Of a DNA stretch of 64,000 nucleotides, positions 19,393-28,163 are shown piece after piece. The stretch is from a virus. Numbering within the stretch: the stretch's first letter is position 1; every line of letters begins with the position of its first letter. The notes under the pieces are model-generated. The model ran no database searches, was not told where the DNA came from, and saw nothing but the letters and a program-made list of their open reading frames with translations. Location: positions 1-64,000 of the IMG/VR virus record IMGVR_UViG_3300033179_000001; one strand, written 5' to 3'. Made by a program: the position numbers and the translations under genes.

Positions 19393-19406
19393 TACCAGAG
19401 CACACC

Positions 19407-19832
19407 ATGAAATCCATCCGCCTAACCGATGTCTACACGCAGCAAGTCGAGAGCATGGTTGCAACCGTTTTCCTGTACGAACTACTGGCCGAGCGCGATC
19501 CGGTCACAAACATTAGCCATCGCGAAATGCCGTCATTTGATGCGCACCGGACCTTCGTCGATTCTCGCCCTTACAAGGCTTGGTACATCGTTTTTTTGGA
19601 TGACGAACCGATCGGCGCAACCTACCTCTCAAACGAGAACGAGATCGGCATTTTCATCAAGAGGGCACATCAGGGCCACGGCTACGGTAAGCAGGCGATT
19701 TACCTGCTGATGAAGATGCACCCCGCAAAACGGTTTCTAGCCAACATCGCGCCGGGAAATTCGCGGTCACTCGCGATGTTCGAAAAATTGGGGTTCGAAC
19801 TAGTCCAATTCACATTTGCAAAGGAGAAATAA
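19407..19832 (+). CDS. GNAT N-acetyltransferase (PseH-like)
   Basis: NISHREMPSFDAH...EIGIFI...HQGHGYG...NSRSLAMFEKLGF. Confidence 0.85.
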   Translation: MKSIRLTDVYTQQVESMVATVFLYELLAERDPVTNISHREMPSFDAHRTFVDSRPYKAWYIVFLDDEPIGATYLSNENEIGIFIKRAHQGHGYGKQAIYLLMKMHPAKRFLANIAPGNSRSLAMFEKLGFELVQFTFAKEK

Positions 19833-19833
19833 C

Positions 19834-20202
19834 ATGTCGAAATTTCGAAAGAAACCTGTAGTTATCGAAGCATCGCAATGGTTCAAGAACGGAGATCATC
19901 CGGCCGACTATGAACATGATCAGGACGGGATGGAAAAAGGCGTGCAACGAACTTTCTCTGGAGCAGAACGCAAAGCTCGCGGATGGGAAGGCGGCATCGT
20001 TCGTTATTATCGCCGTCCAGACGATTCCGGTTCTCGCGCATGCGAGCATTGCAGCAAGACGATGCACGAACATGGTTGGATCGATACGCTTGAAGGTGGC
20101 CACAACGTCTGCCCTGGCGACTGGATCATTACTGGGGTCAAGGGCGAGCGCTATCCATGCAAGCCAGACATTTTTGCAGCCACATATGAGCCTGCAGAGT
20201 AA
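19834..20202 (+). CDS. conserved phage protein (RKKPVVIEA / PGDWII family)
   Basis: MSKFRKKPVVIEASQWF...IDTLEG...PGDWIITGVKGERYPCKPDIFAATYE. Confidence 0.85.
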   Translation: MSKFRKKPVVIEASQWFKNGDHPADYEHDQDGMEKGVQRTFSGAERKARGWEGGIVRYYRRPDDSGSRACEHCSKTMHEHGWIDTLEGGHNVCPGDWIITGVKGERYPCKPDIFAATYEPAE

Positions 20203-20930
20203 TGTTGAAAACGCGTGTTATCCCCGTTTTGCTCTGGGACCAACGCGGTCTTTGCAAGCCTGTGGCATTCAAGCGTCCCGGCCGATTCGTCGGGTCGCTG
20301 ATGTCGGCCGCGCTGCTTTATGAGAATCGAACCTGTGACGAATTGATCTTGCTCGATATCGATGTAACATCGAATGGTCGCGGCCCTCGCTTTGAGGAGA
20401 TCAAGCAATTCACATCAAAACTGTTCTGCCCGGTCACGGTTGGCGGTGGCGTTCGATCCTTGGAGGACATTCGTGGTCTGCTCCATGCCGGTGCCGATAA
20501 GGTCGTGATCCGCTCGCACGCCTCACCTGATTTCATCCGAGAAGCTTCCAAGAAGTTCGGAGCGCAATGTGTCGTGGTAGCGATCGACTACACGGTGACG
20601 ACTTTCGAGGATACCGGCATGGTCGCGCTGCAAGCCGCTCACATGGAGCGATGTGGTGCAGGCGAAATTGTCCTGACCAATAAGGATCGTGACGGGACTC
20701 GAACCGGCTATGACCTCGAAACCTTGAAATTGGTCTGCAAGACTGTCGATATCCCCGTCATCGCCAATGGGGGCTGTTCTGGCCCAATCAATATGCTCAG
20801 CGCGATTGAGGACGGAGCCCACGCGGTTGCAGCATCGTCTATATTTCTTTATGAGAATATATCGCCTTCGGCATGCAAAACGTATTTGGCCAAGGCTGGT
20901 ATTCCCGTGAGGATAGAGGAAAATGGTTAA
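20202..20930 (+). CDS. HisF-like cyclase (WbuZ/HisF2-type partner of sugar amidotransferase)
   Basis: RVIPVLL, DELILLDI, PVTVGGGVRS, GADKVVI, GAGEIVLT..DRDGTRTGYD, PVIANGG. Confidence 0.88.
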   Translation: MLKTRVIPVLLWDQRGLCKPVAFKRPGRFVGSLMSAALLYENRTCDELILLDIDVTSNGRGPRFEEIKQFTSKLFCPVTVGGGVRSLEDIRGLLHAGADKVVIRSHASPDFIREASKKFGAQCVVVAIDYTVTTFEDTGMVALQAAHMERCGAGEIVLTNKDRDGTRTGYDLETLKLVCKTVDIPVIANGGCSGPINMLSAIEDGAHAVAASSIFLYENISPSACKTYLAKAGIPVRIEENG

Positions 20931-21180
20931 GTATGCGTCTTCTGCCCGCGCTGGTGATATCGCTAGGTGCATCAACGGCCACGATCTTTACCGGCTATTG
21001 GCCGATGTCGTTCCCGGCTCTGTGATGCAATCCAGCATGTTTGAACCAATCGGGGATACCCCTAAGCCGCAATACGGCCAACAGATCGAGCGTTGCCACA
21101 TCTGCGGCACACCTTGGGTCACCAGTGGTCCGGGTGGCGGCTGGGTGTTCTGTAACCTGCGACGGCAGATAGAGATATGA
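20923..21180 (+). CDS. hypothetical Zn-finger-like protein
   Basis: CINGH...CHICG. Confidence 0.5.
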   Translation: MVKYASSARAGDIARCINGHDLYRLLADVVPGSVMQSSMFEPIGDTPKPQYGQQIERCHICGTPWVTSGPGGGWVFCNLRRQIEI

Positions 21181-21346
21181 CACCAAGATTACGATGGATT
21201 TGCGCAATCGTCTCTGCGCTTAGTTTCTTGTGCGGTCTTACTGACTTTGGCCGTAATATTGATTGGTATGCCATTTTGGTGGTGATAGTTTTTGGTGCTT
21301 TTATCGCTGGCATCATCATTCATGCTGGAAAATCTTCGGAAGGATC

Positions 21347-21793
21347 ATGATGCGCTATTTTCTCGACACAGAGTTCAACGGCATGGGTGGAGACCTGATT
21401 AGTCTTGCGATGGTCTCGGAAGAGGGCGATCGTTACGCCTATTTTGCCACCAAATGCTTAAACCCAGTCCCCTGGGTCGACGAACATGTTATGCCGATAA
21501 TAAAACTTGTCGGAGCAACTCCAATGCCCGTGAAGCCAGATCAATTCGGCATTGGCATCTCGCTATTCCTTTCGCGAGACAGAGAGCCAATTATTATCGC
21601 CGATTGGCCTGACGACATTGCATATTTCTGCAAGGCTTTGATCGTCGGCCCGGGCCAGATGGTCGACATCCCATCGCTCAAATTCGAAATCATCCGGATT
21701 GATGCCTATCCGACGACACTTGCCGGCGCTGTTCGGCATAACGCGCTTTGGGATGCGAGGGCGCTGAGGCACAAGATCATGGTTGAGAGATGA
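21347..21793 (+). CDS. DEDDh 3'-5' exoribonuclease (RNase AS-like)
   Basis: YFLDTEF...LISLAMV...ADWPDD...HNALWDARAL. Confidence 0.8.
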   Translation: MMRYFLDTEFNGMGGDLISLAMVSEEGDRYAYFATKCLNPVPWVDEHVMPIIKLVGATPMPVKPDQFGIGISLFLSRDREPIIIADWPDDIAYFCKALIVGPGQMVDIPSLKFEIIRIDAYPTTLAGAVRHNALWDARALRHKIMVER

Positions 21794-21980
21794 ATTATCA
21801 AATCAACATTTCTGTTCGGTTCGATCCATGCGCATTGCGGGAACATGATTTTCAGCCAGATACGTTCGGGCTTGCGTCTTTGACGAAAGTCGAAACCTGC
21901 ACCCGTTGTGGGCTATTTCGGTATCCGAGATTGAAAATGAATGGGATAAATCGCAACGCTTCATTAATTTGGAAGAATGC

Positions 21981-22715
21981 ATGACTACGGCCATCATCTG
22001 CCAAGCTCGTATGACATCTAAACGATTTCCGGGGAAAGTGCTCATGCCACTAGCCGGCAAGCCCGTGCTTGAGCGAGTGCTCGAACGGTGTGCGCTTGTG
22101 CCATTTGTCGATACCATCGTGTGCGCGTTCCCAGCCGATGACGCCTCCATCCCGATCTATCAACTTTGCAACTCCATGGGAGTGGCTTGTGCGAGCGGTT
22201 CGGAAGACGATGTGCTCAGTCGTTATTACGACGCCGCAACTATGTACGGTATCGATACCATCGTCAGGATTACGGCCGACTGCCCGTTCCTTGATCCAGT
22301 TGTGGCCGGGGAGGTGCTGGCGCTGCTCAAAGCCGAGAATCTCGATTATTGCTCCAATGTCTTCCCTGTGCGGACTTATCCGAAAGGATTTGATGTGGAG
22401 GCTTTCAGTTATGATTGCCTTGAGGCCGCACATCTTCTCACAAAAAGTGCAGAGAATCGCGAGCACGTAACTTTATGGATGCAGCGCCGCAAGGGACTTC
22501 GTCGTGCCAACGTTCGGCAGAAGATAGACCGTTCCGGCCTGAATTTCTGTGTTGATTATCCCGAAGACATCGAACGCCTTGAAAAACTCGTCGCCAAGAT
22601 GCGCCTTCCCGGCCTCGGGATGAACGCTACCGGAACCCTTCCTGCGATCGATAAGGTATCGCAATGGACAAAACAGTTGATGGAGATGACGACTGATGAC
22701 CGAAAACCGAACTAA
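21981..22715 (+). CDS. CMP-nonulosonate synthetase / cytidylyltransferase (SpsF/PseF-like)
   Basis: CQARMTSKRFPGKVL, GSEDDVLSRY, VRITADCP, REHVT, VDYPED. Confidence 0.88.
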   Translation: MTTAIICQARMTSKRFPGKVLMPLAGKPVLERVLERCALVPFVDTIVCAFPADDASIPIYQLCNSMGVACASGSEDDVLSRYYDAATMYGIDTIVRITADCPFLDPVVAGEVLALLKAENLDYCSNVFPVRTYPKGFDVEAFSYDCLEAAHLLTKSAENREHVTLWMQRRKGLRRANVRQKIDRSGLNFCVDYPEDIERLEKLVAKMRLPGLGMNATGTLPAIDKVSQWTKQLMEMTTDDRKPN

Positions 22716-23337
22716 GAACACCGAAGCATGGGCCGGCGGATGGGGAAATTCGTATCAGGAGAGGAATCAATCATCGTGGGTCGGTATCAAGAACCGCTCC
22801 CGTCTGTTCGGCGACATCTTCCAAGCCATGGAGACTGCCTGCAAGTCCTTCCCGACCTCGGTGATTGAGGTTGGAGGTGGGTGCGGGGATAACCTGCGGG
22901 CCATCGACATGGTCTATGAGCGGTCACGCCATCCCATCAAACTCATGTCCTGCGATCCGAACGAAACCGCCCGCAAGGCCATGGCAGACGTGGCTACGGT
23001 ACTTCCCGGGGACCTCAGTCAGTTGCCCTATCAGGACGATGCAGCCGATCTGGTGTTCACGTCAGGCGTTCTTATCCACGTCCCGCCAGCCGAGTTGCCT
23101 CGCGCACTGTCAGAAATTCACCGAGTGTCAAAACGCTGGATTCTGTCGATCGAGTATTTCAATTCGACACCAGATGAGGTGGTCTATCGCGGCCAGTCAG
23201 GCATGCTCTGGCGCCGAGATTGGGGCGAGGCATGGATGACACAGTTTCCGACGCTCAAGCCAATCGGAAATGGCTTTGCGTGGAAGCGGACCACTGGTTT
23301 GGATAATGTCCACTGGTTTCTCCTCGAACTTCCGTAG
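22696..23337 (+). CDS. pseudaminic-acid-biosynthesis-associated SAM methyltransferase
   Basis: WAGGWGNSYQERN, IEVGGGCGDNL, DLVFTSGVLIHV, EYF, YRG...LWRRDWG, DNVHWFLLE. Confidence 0.85.
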   Translation: MTENRTKNTEAWAGGWGNSYQERNQSSWVGIKNRSRLFGDIFQAMETACKSFPTSVIEVGGGCGDNLRAIDMVYERSRHPIKLMSCDPNETARKAMADVATVLPGDLSQLPYQDDAADLVFTSGVLIHVPPAELPRALSEIHRVSKRWILSIEYFNSTPDEVVYRGQSGMLWRRDWGEAWMTQFPTLKPIGNGFAWKRTTGLDNVHWFLLELP

Positions 23338-23348
23338 GGAGCTACCGC

Positions 23349-23864
23349 GTGAGAATATGTTCGGTAGAACGTTGTGAGAGAGTGCATCTGGCTAAAGGTT
23401 ATTGTCAGATGCATTATTTACGTATGTATAAAAATGGCTCTCTTTCGAAAAAAGAAGGGCATGTCAGAAAAAATGGATACAAATATTTTGCAAAGTTTAA
23501 AAAGCTTGAACATGTCATGATAGCCGAAAATGCCTTGGGAAAGTCGCTTCCGAAGAGAGCCGTGGTTCATCACGTTGATGAGAACCCTTTGAATAATTCA
23601 CCAACAAATCTCGTTGTTTGCCAAGATCAAAGATATCACATTCTATTGCATGTTCGCATGAGAGCTATAGCAGCATGCGGAAATCCAGATTGGCGTCCGT
23701 GTAGTCGATGCACCAAATATGATGATATTGCTAATATGAAACCGAGAGGTAGACAATATCATCATGCTATATGTGAAAAAGAATATCAGCGCGAATATAT
23801 CTCAAAAAACAAAGATCATTTGGTAGCCTATAAGCATAATTGGTATATAGAAAACAAAGGATAA
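23349..23864 (+). CDS. HNH endonuclease
   Basis: CSVERC...KGYCQMHY; EHVMIAE..LG...VHHVDENPLNN...NL; AT-rich relative to flanks. Confidence 0.85.
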   Translation: MRICSVERCERVHLAKGYCQMHYLRMYKNGSLSKKEGHVRKNGYKYFAKFKKLEHVMIAENALGKSLPKRAVVHHVDENPLNNSPTNLVVCQDQRYHILLHVRMRAIAACGNPDWRPCSRCTKYDDIANMKPRGRQYHHAICEKEYQREYISKNKDHLVAYKHNWYIENKG

Positions 23865-23944
23865 AATCATGAATAAGTTTGGCGATGCGCCGATCCAGCC
23901 GAAATATCACAACATGATCGCCATGTTTGCAACGCTGAGCATCC

Positions 23945-25072
23945 TTAGACAATATTGAAGTTGGCCGATTTCAGAACCGCTGCGGGAGTGTGAATAGTCA
24001 CGCCAAATCCAACACTTCCAATGACGGAAACGCTGCCCCCAGTAACAGCATTCACCGTAAACGAATCGGTGCCAAACTCACATTGTGAAAATGTAGTAAA
24101 ATACGAATGCTGTATATCGACTGGGCCTGAGATAACACATTGACTGAATTTAGGCAGACAGAATGTTCCTCCAAAACTGTCGTCGATGAATATGCTCTTG
24201 GTAAAAACACCAGAAAAGTCGCACATCACGAAAGCATTCTCTTGTGATGTAGCTCCTGCAAAACCAACACCTTGCCAAAAGGCATACCGTTGACTTGCAA
24301 AGGAACCATTCCCGTCGAAAATACAGCGGTTATACCAATTTGCTCCATTCGATACGATACAGTCTTGGCACCCCATAATCCAAGTATCAAAGCAATGCCC
24401 ATCTATTCCTGAAGTAACTAAGCCTGCGCTTCCATACCAAATCGTACAACTTCCAATGTAGACAGGAATGTCTTGTGCCACGGTTACCGTATTGCTGGTG
24501 ACTAAGGCAACATTTGCATTAAAATACCCCTGTGCAGTTAGATGTTCTAATGAACATCCTCGCAAACAAGAACTATCAAAATGAATGGTATCTACATTAG
24601 TCACGAAACCTGAAATATACGATACATCTCGACCTGCACCGACCAATCGTACACGACTCTTCACAGTTATGCCTGTGGTAATTGCGTAAATCCCTGGAGG
24701 ACAAAATACGATGCCACCTCCGAATGTGGCAGCCATGAAGTTGATGGCATTCTGTATCGCAGTGTCACTTGACACCGCGCCAGTCGGGTCGGCACCCCAT
24801 GCGATAATATCAGTCCATGGACGACCGCTTTTGAAGTATTGATGTCCAGTCCAACTATTGTTGCCTGCAAGCGAGATACCACCGCCTGACGGTGGGGTTG
24901 CAAATACGCCATCTTCACGTAGGAAGTTGGATGTTCCGGGCGTCACCCCCGGATCGGGGACTAGACCGATAGAATGATTCGGACCTGATGCACCGAAGAC
25001 AGAACTTGCCGCTGATGATAGTGGCAATGGTTGTCCGGTGTTGACGTTAACGAATCGTTCCGCAACCATCAT
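23945..25072 (-). CDS. beta-helix tailspike/depolymerase-like protein
   Basis: WGADPTGAVSSDTAIQNAI...GGIVFCPPGIY (pectate-lyase-3-like start). Confidence 0.75.
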   Translation of the reverse strand: MMVAERFVNVNTGQPLPLSSAASSVFGASGPNHSIGLVPDPGVTPGTSNFLREDGVFATPPSGGGISLAGNNSWTGHQYFKSGRPWTDIIAWGADPTGAVSSDTAIQNAINFMAATFGGGIVFCPPGIYAITTGITVKSRVRLVGAGRDVSYISGFVTNVDTIHFDSSCLRGCSLEHLTAQGYFNANVALVTSNTVTVAQDIPVYIGSCTIWYGSAGLVTSGIDGHCFDTWIMGCQDCIVSNGANWYNRCIFDGNGSFASQRYAFWQGVGFAGATSQENAFVMCDFSGVFTKSIFIDDSFGGTFCLPKFSQCVISGPVDIQHSYFTTFSQCEFGTDSFTVNAVTGGSVSVIGSVGFGVTIHTPAAVLKSANFNIV

Positions 25073-25078
25073 CTCTCC

Positions 25079-26218
25079 TTAAAGGCCGCAATCGGCTTGA
25101 TAGTGCAAATAGCAAAAATGGTTTGAAGCAGATACGGCAGCCCCAATTACAAAAGCTCCCTTGGGAGATACAGAACCAGTATCGAATGAGGATGCAACAC
25201 TAACACTCGTTGTATTATCCAGCCAATTTGGCGTAGCCCCGGTGGGGCTATACGCGACGAATGATGCCGTCGCATACATCTCTACCGGCTCGAAATTAAT
25301 AAATAGTCCGATCTGTGATGCCGCAGCCGATACAACTTCTATAGACCCAGCTAGACCAGCAGCCTGTGCAGGTGCCGTTCCGTAAGGGAATGATTTACGG
25401 AAGAACTTCTTGCATTGTCTCAGGCATACATCAAACGGCAAATCCTCAAAGGATTGTACGATCGCACCAGGAACAAGACAGAAAGCGTCCAAGGTGATCG
25501 AATCGTCTGTTCCTGCCGTTCCTACAGGAGTCCATGTGACCTGTAATTCTCCCTGCGTAGCAGTTGCGGGTACGACTGCAGCGCTTGTACCTGAGATCGT
25601 CGCGGATGATCCTGCCGTTATATTGGTGGAGATTGAGACCGGGTTTGTCTCACTAGTGAACCCGCCGCCTCGCTTGCCGGCCGTTCCTGTTCCAACATAA
25701 AAATTGATCAATAAGGTGCCAGATGCCGGAGACCAATTTGCACCAGCTTTGGCAGCACCACTGAACGAAACTAATCCGCCGCGAATATTCGCTAACTCAT
25801 CTGCCGTCAACGGATAGCCGAATATCAGAACTCCGGTTCCTGTTTGTCCGCTATTACGCTGTATCTTAGCGGCGTGAGCAGGAGCGACAGAAGCATCAAG
25901 AGAATTTGCTGGCGTCACAGTAGTAGCTTGATTCGTCCCAGTCGTAAGATACCAACGATCAGCAGTGTAAGATGTTGTCGAAGCCGGAATTGGGAAACTT
26001 GCTGCCGAACCTGCCCCACGCTGCCAAATGTTGAAACTCCCATTCGCCATCAAGACATTCGCGAACGTCGGGACCGTGTTCAACTGTGTCATTACGGTTG
26101 TGAGCGCAGATGCTAAATCGGTGAAAATTGCATCCCAAACTGCGCTTTGCAGCACCTGCCCTGGAGCCGCGTTCGTCGCACCATTTGGCGGGGTATAGAG
26201 ATTCCCTGAAAACGGCAT
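25079..26218 (-). CDS. tail fibre/virion protein
   Basis: NGSFNIWQRG...YTADRW...CLRQCKKFFRKS domain typical of phage fibres. Confidence 0.7.
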   Translation of the reverse strand: MPFSGNLYTPPNGATNAAPGQVLQSAVWDAIFTDLASALTTVMTQLNTVPTFANVLMANGSFNIWQRGAGSAASFPIPASTTSYTADRWYLTTGTNQATTVTPANSLDASVAPAHAAKIQRNSGQTGTGVLIFGYPLTADELANIRGGLVSFSGAAKAGANWSPASGTLLINFYVGTGTAGKRGGGFTSETNPVSISTNITAGSSATISGTSAAVVPATATQGELQVTWTPVGTAGTDDSITLDAFCLVPGAIVQSFEDLPFDVCLRQCKKFFRKSFPYGTAPAQAAGLAGSIEVVSAAASQIGLFINFEPVEMYATASFVAYSPTGATPNWLDNTTSVSVASSFDTGSVSPKGAFVIGAAVSASNHFCYLHYQADCGL

Positions 26219-26222
26219 TTGA

Positions 26223-27128
26223 TCAGACCCCCGTGTAAATTAATTTATTGATGATGATGGCAGGATTCATGATGGGATGAGAAGTACCACCAGTGTTAGT
26301 AGATGAAGCTGGCGCATTAAGAATATTTGTCCAACTGTTTTCCTGTTTTTGGGGGACCCAATGAGAACCAGATGACGCATCAGTGACCTGAATATTTGCA
26401 ATGGCTGATGCCGTATTTCCTTGCGCGACAAATCCGGTAAAAGCTATTTGCGATGTAATAGATGGTATTTGGCTCGCTGACAGTGTTTGGTTTTGACCGC
26501 CTCCAGTTCCACCATACACGAGGCCGTCAAAATTTCCTCCAGCCACCGTAATGCGACCCGCCGCCACGCCGCCCATGCCATCATTACCAAAGGCTGCTCG
26601 TCCTCGAAAATCAGGGATGCCAAATGTTCCGACCCCTGATCCATACGTCGTGCCAAGCACCGCGAAAAGTGCCGCGTATGTCGTTGTCGAGACTTGTTGG
26701 CCAAAGCATTGCAGCCAGCCCGATGGGGTAGCAGTCCCACCATAGTCGATAAGTGTGCCGATCGGGACAGTTCCCTTGGTGGCGCTAATAGTTCCTGTAA
26801 ATGTCGCGCCACCGGCCCATGTCGTTGACGTGTCGGAATTGACCGTGGCGGCCTGTACACCATTTACGGCAATACCGATCTGATTCGCGCCCGCAAGATA
26901 GAACCCAGTCTTTGTTGCACCATTGAACCCATAACCAGGAGATGAAACGAGGCCAGCCGATCCGACAAGTTGGCCTGTCATGGTCGAAACGCCAGTGGTC
27001 GCCAATGATTGTGTCAGAGCCGTGGCTAAATCATTGAATAGCGTATTATCGTCGGACGCCTTGATCAGCCCGCCGGGGACAAAGGCACCGATCGGCAATG
27101 TGTATGTACCGTTTGAACCTCTAGGCGT
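26223..27128 (-). CDS. tail fibre with tail-collar domain; lacks a canonical start at the expected position (ACG)
   Basis: VPIGTLIDYGG..TPSGWLQCFGQ...YAALFAVLGTTYG...PDFRGR; N-terminus (M/T)PRGSNGTYTLP begins at ACG 27128, 5 nt after GGAGG. Confidence 0.8.
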   Translation of the reverse strand, partial: TPRGSNGTYTLPIGAFVPGGLIKASDDNTLFNDLATALTQSLATTGVSTMTGQLVGSAGLVSSPGYGFNGATKTGFYLAGANQIGIAVNGVQAATVNSDTSTTWAGGATFTGTISATKGTVPIGTLIDYGGTATPSGWLQCFGQQVSTTTYAALFAVLGTTYGSGVGTFGIPDFRGRAAFGNDGMGGVAAGRITVAGGNFDGLVYGGTGGGQNQTLSASQIPSITSQIAFTGFVAQGNTASAIANIQVTDASSGSHWVPQKQENSWTNILNAPASSTNTGGTSHPIMNPAIIINKLIYTGV

Positions 27129-27137
27129 GGCAACCTC

Positions 27138-28163
27138 CTATTGTCCGCGAATTGCGTTGACCATATCATCTTGGCTCGGCTGTGTCTGTGTCGCTGCTAT
27201 ACCAGCCGGCAAACCAGCGATGCCGTACTTTTTCAGAATGTCGATCAGTTTATCATTGAATACGATGTAGTTGCGGGAGCCTTCGCCGGAAGTGCGGGAG
27301 CCTTGGTCTAGGTATTTGATGCCGGGGAGACCAGCTTCTCGGAGTTTTTCAGACGCTATCTGCTCATCAAGGCCAATGAATCCTTGTTTCATGGCAGTAC
27401 CGGCTTGCGCCGGATGAAACTCATCCCATTGACGAGGTCGCATCGCTTTCTGCAAAGCATCAACAACGACGGGATGCTGCTCACTCAGCGGCTTATCCCA
27501 ATCGAGGAAGTGCTCCGGATCCGCGTTGATGTTGACCTCGTACATGCGGCCGGGGTTGGACTGCAGCGGCTCCGCTTTGATGCGTTGCAGTTTAGCTTGC
27601 GCAGCATCTCGCGCAGCTATTGCAGCGTTAAATTCCTCTTTCGTGCCAGACATCGCCTTGCCTACAGCCATATAGGCATCATTGTACGCCTTACTCGCAT
27701 CTGCCAATTCAGGATGTACCGGAGTCGTAGCCAATGCATCGCGATAACTCTTCGCAACGGGCTCCGACTCCGCAAAATACAATCCATGCCCGTAAGCCTG
27801 CGCGCCCTCTCCGGTCCCGATCTTGGATAGGTCGAACGCATCGAAGTCATGCGGCGAGCCGTGATAAGCCTTGATGCCCATCCGCATCGCATTGGCTTCA
27901 GCCGGGATAGCTCCAGCACCTAGCGTCAACATGCTAGCCATGTCAGCCGCAGGCTTGACCATCTGTTCTGTGGTGATCGGCGTTGTGGACGCCAACGCAT
28001 TTCCGGGGGCTGCCATTGCATTAATGAGCGGCTCTGCCGTTTGCTTCAGAATTTCCACATCCTTTGGTGCCGCCTGCTTCGCCCAATCACTCAAGAATGG
28101 CGGGACGAACTGCTCCGCATCAAATTCCGGCTGATGATCAACGGGAACGAAATCAGGCATCAC
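27138..28163 (-). CDS. virion/ejection protein with ADP-ribosyltransferase-like (ART-PolyVal type) domain
   Basis: AYHGSPHDFDAFDLSKIGTGEGAQAYGHGLYFAE...GIKYLD...NYIVF; ends TAG. Confidence 0.7.
   Translation of the reverse strand: MMPDFVPVDHQPEFDAEQFVPPFLSDWAKQAAPKDVEILKQTAEPLINAMAAPGNALASTTPITTEQMVKPAADMASMLTLGAGAIPAEANAMRMGIKAYHGSPHDFDAFDLSKIGTGEGAQAYGHGLYFAESEPVAKSYRDALATTPVHPELADASKAYNDAYMAVGKAMSGTKEEFNAAIAARDAAQAKLQRIKAEPLQSNPGRMYEVNINADPEHFLDWDKPLSEQHPVVVDALQKAMRPRQWDEFHPAQAGTAMKQGFIGLDEQIASEKLREAGLPGIKYLDQGSRTSGEGSRNYIVFNDKLIDILKKYGIAGLPAGIAATQTQPSQDDMVNAIRGQ

Noticed and set aside
20202-20930. Histidine biosynthesis auxiliary gene hisF
   Set aside because: Context next to an N-acetyl-sugar amidotransferase points to the WbuZ/HisF2 sugar-modification role
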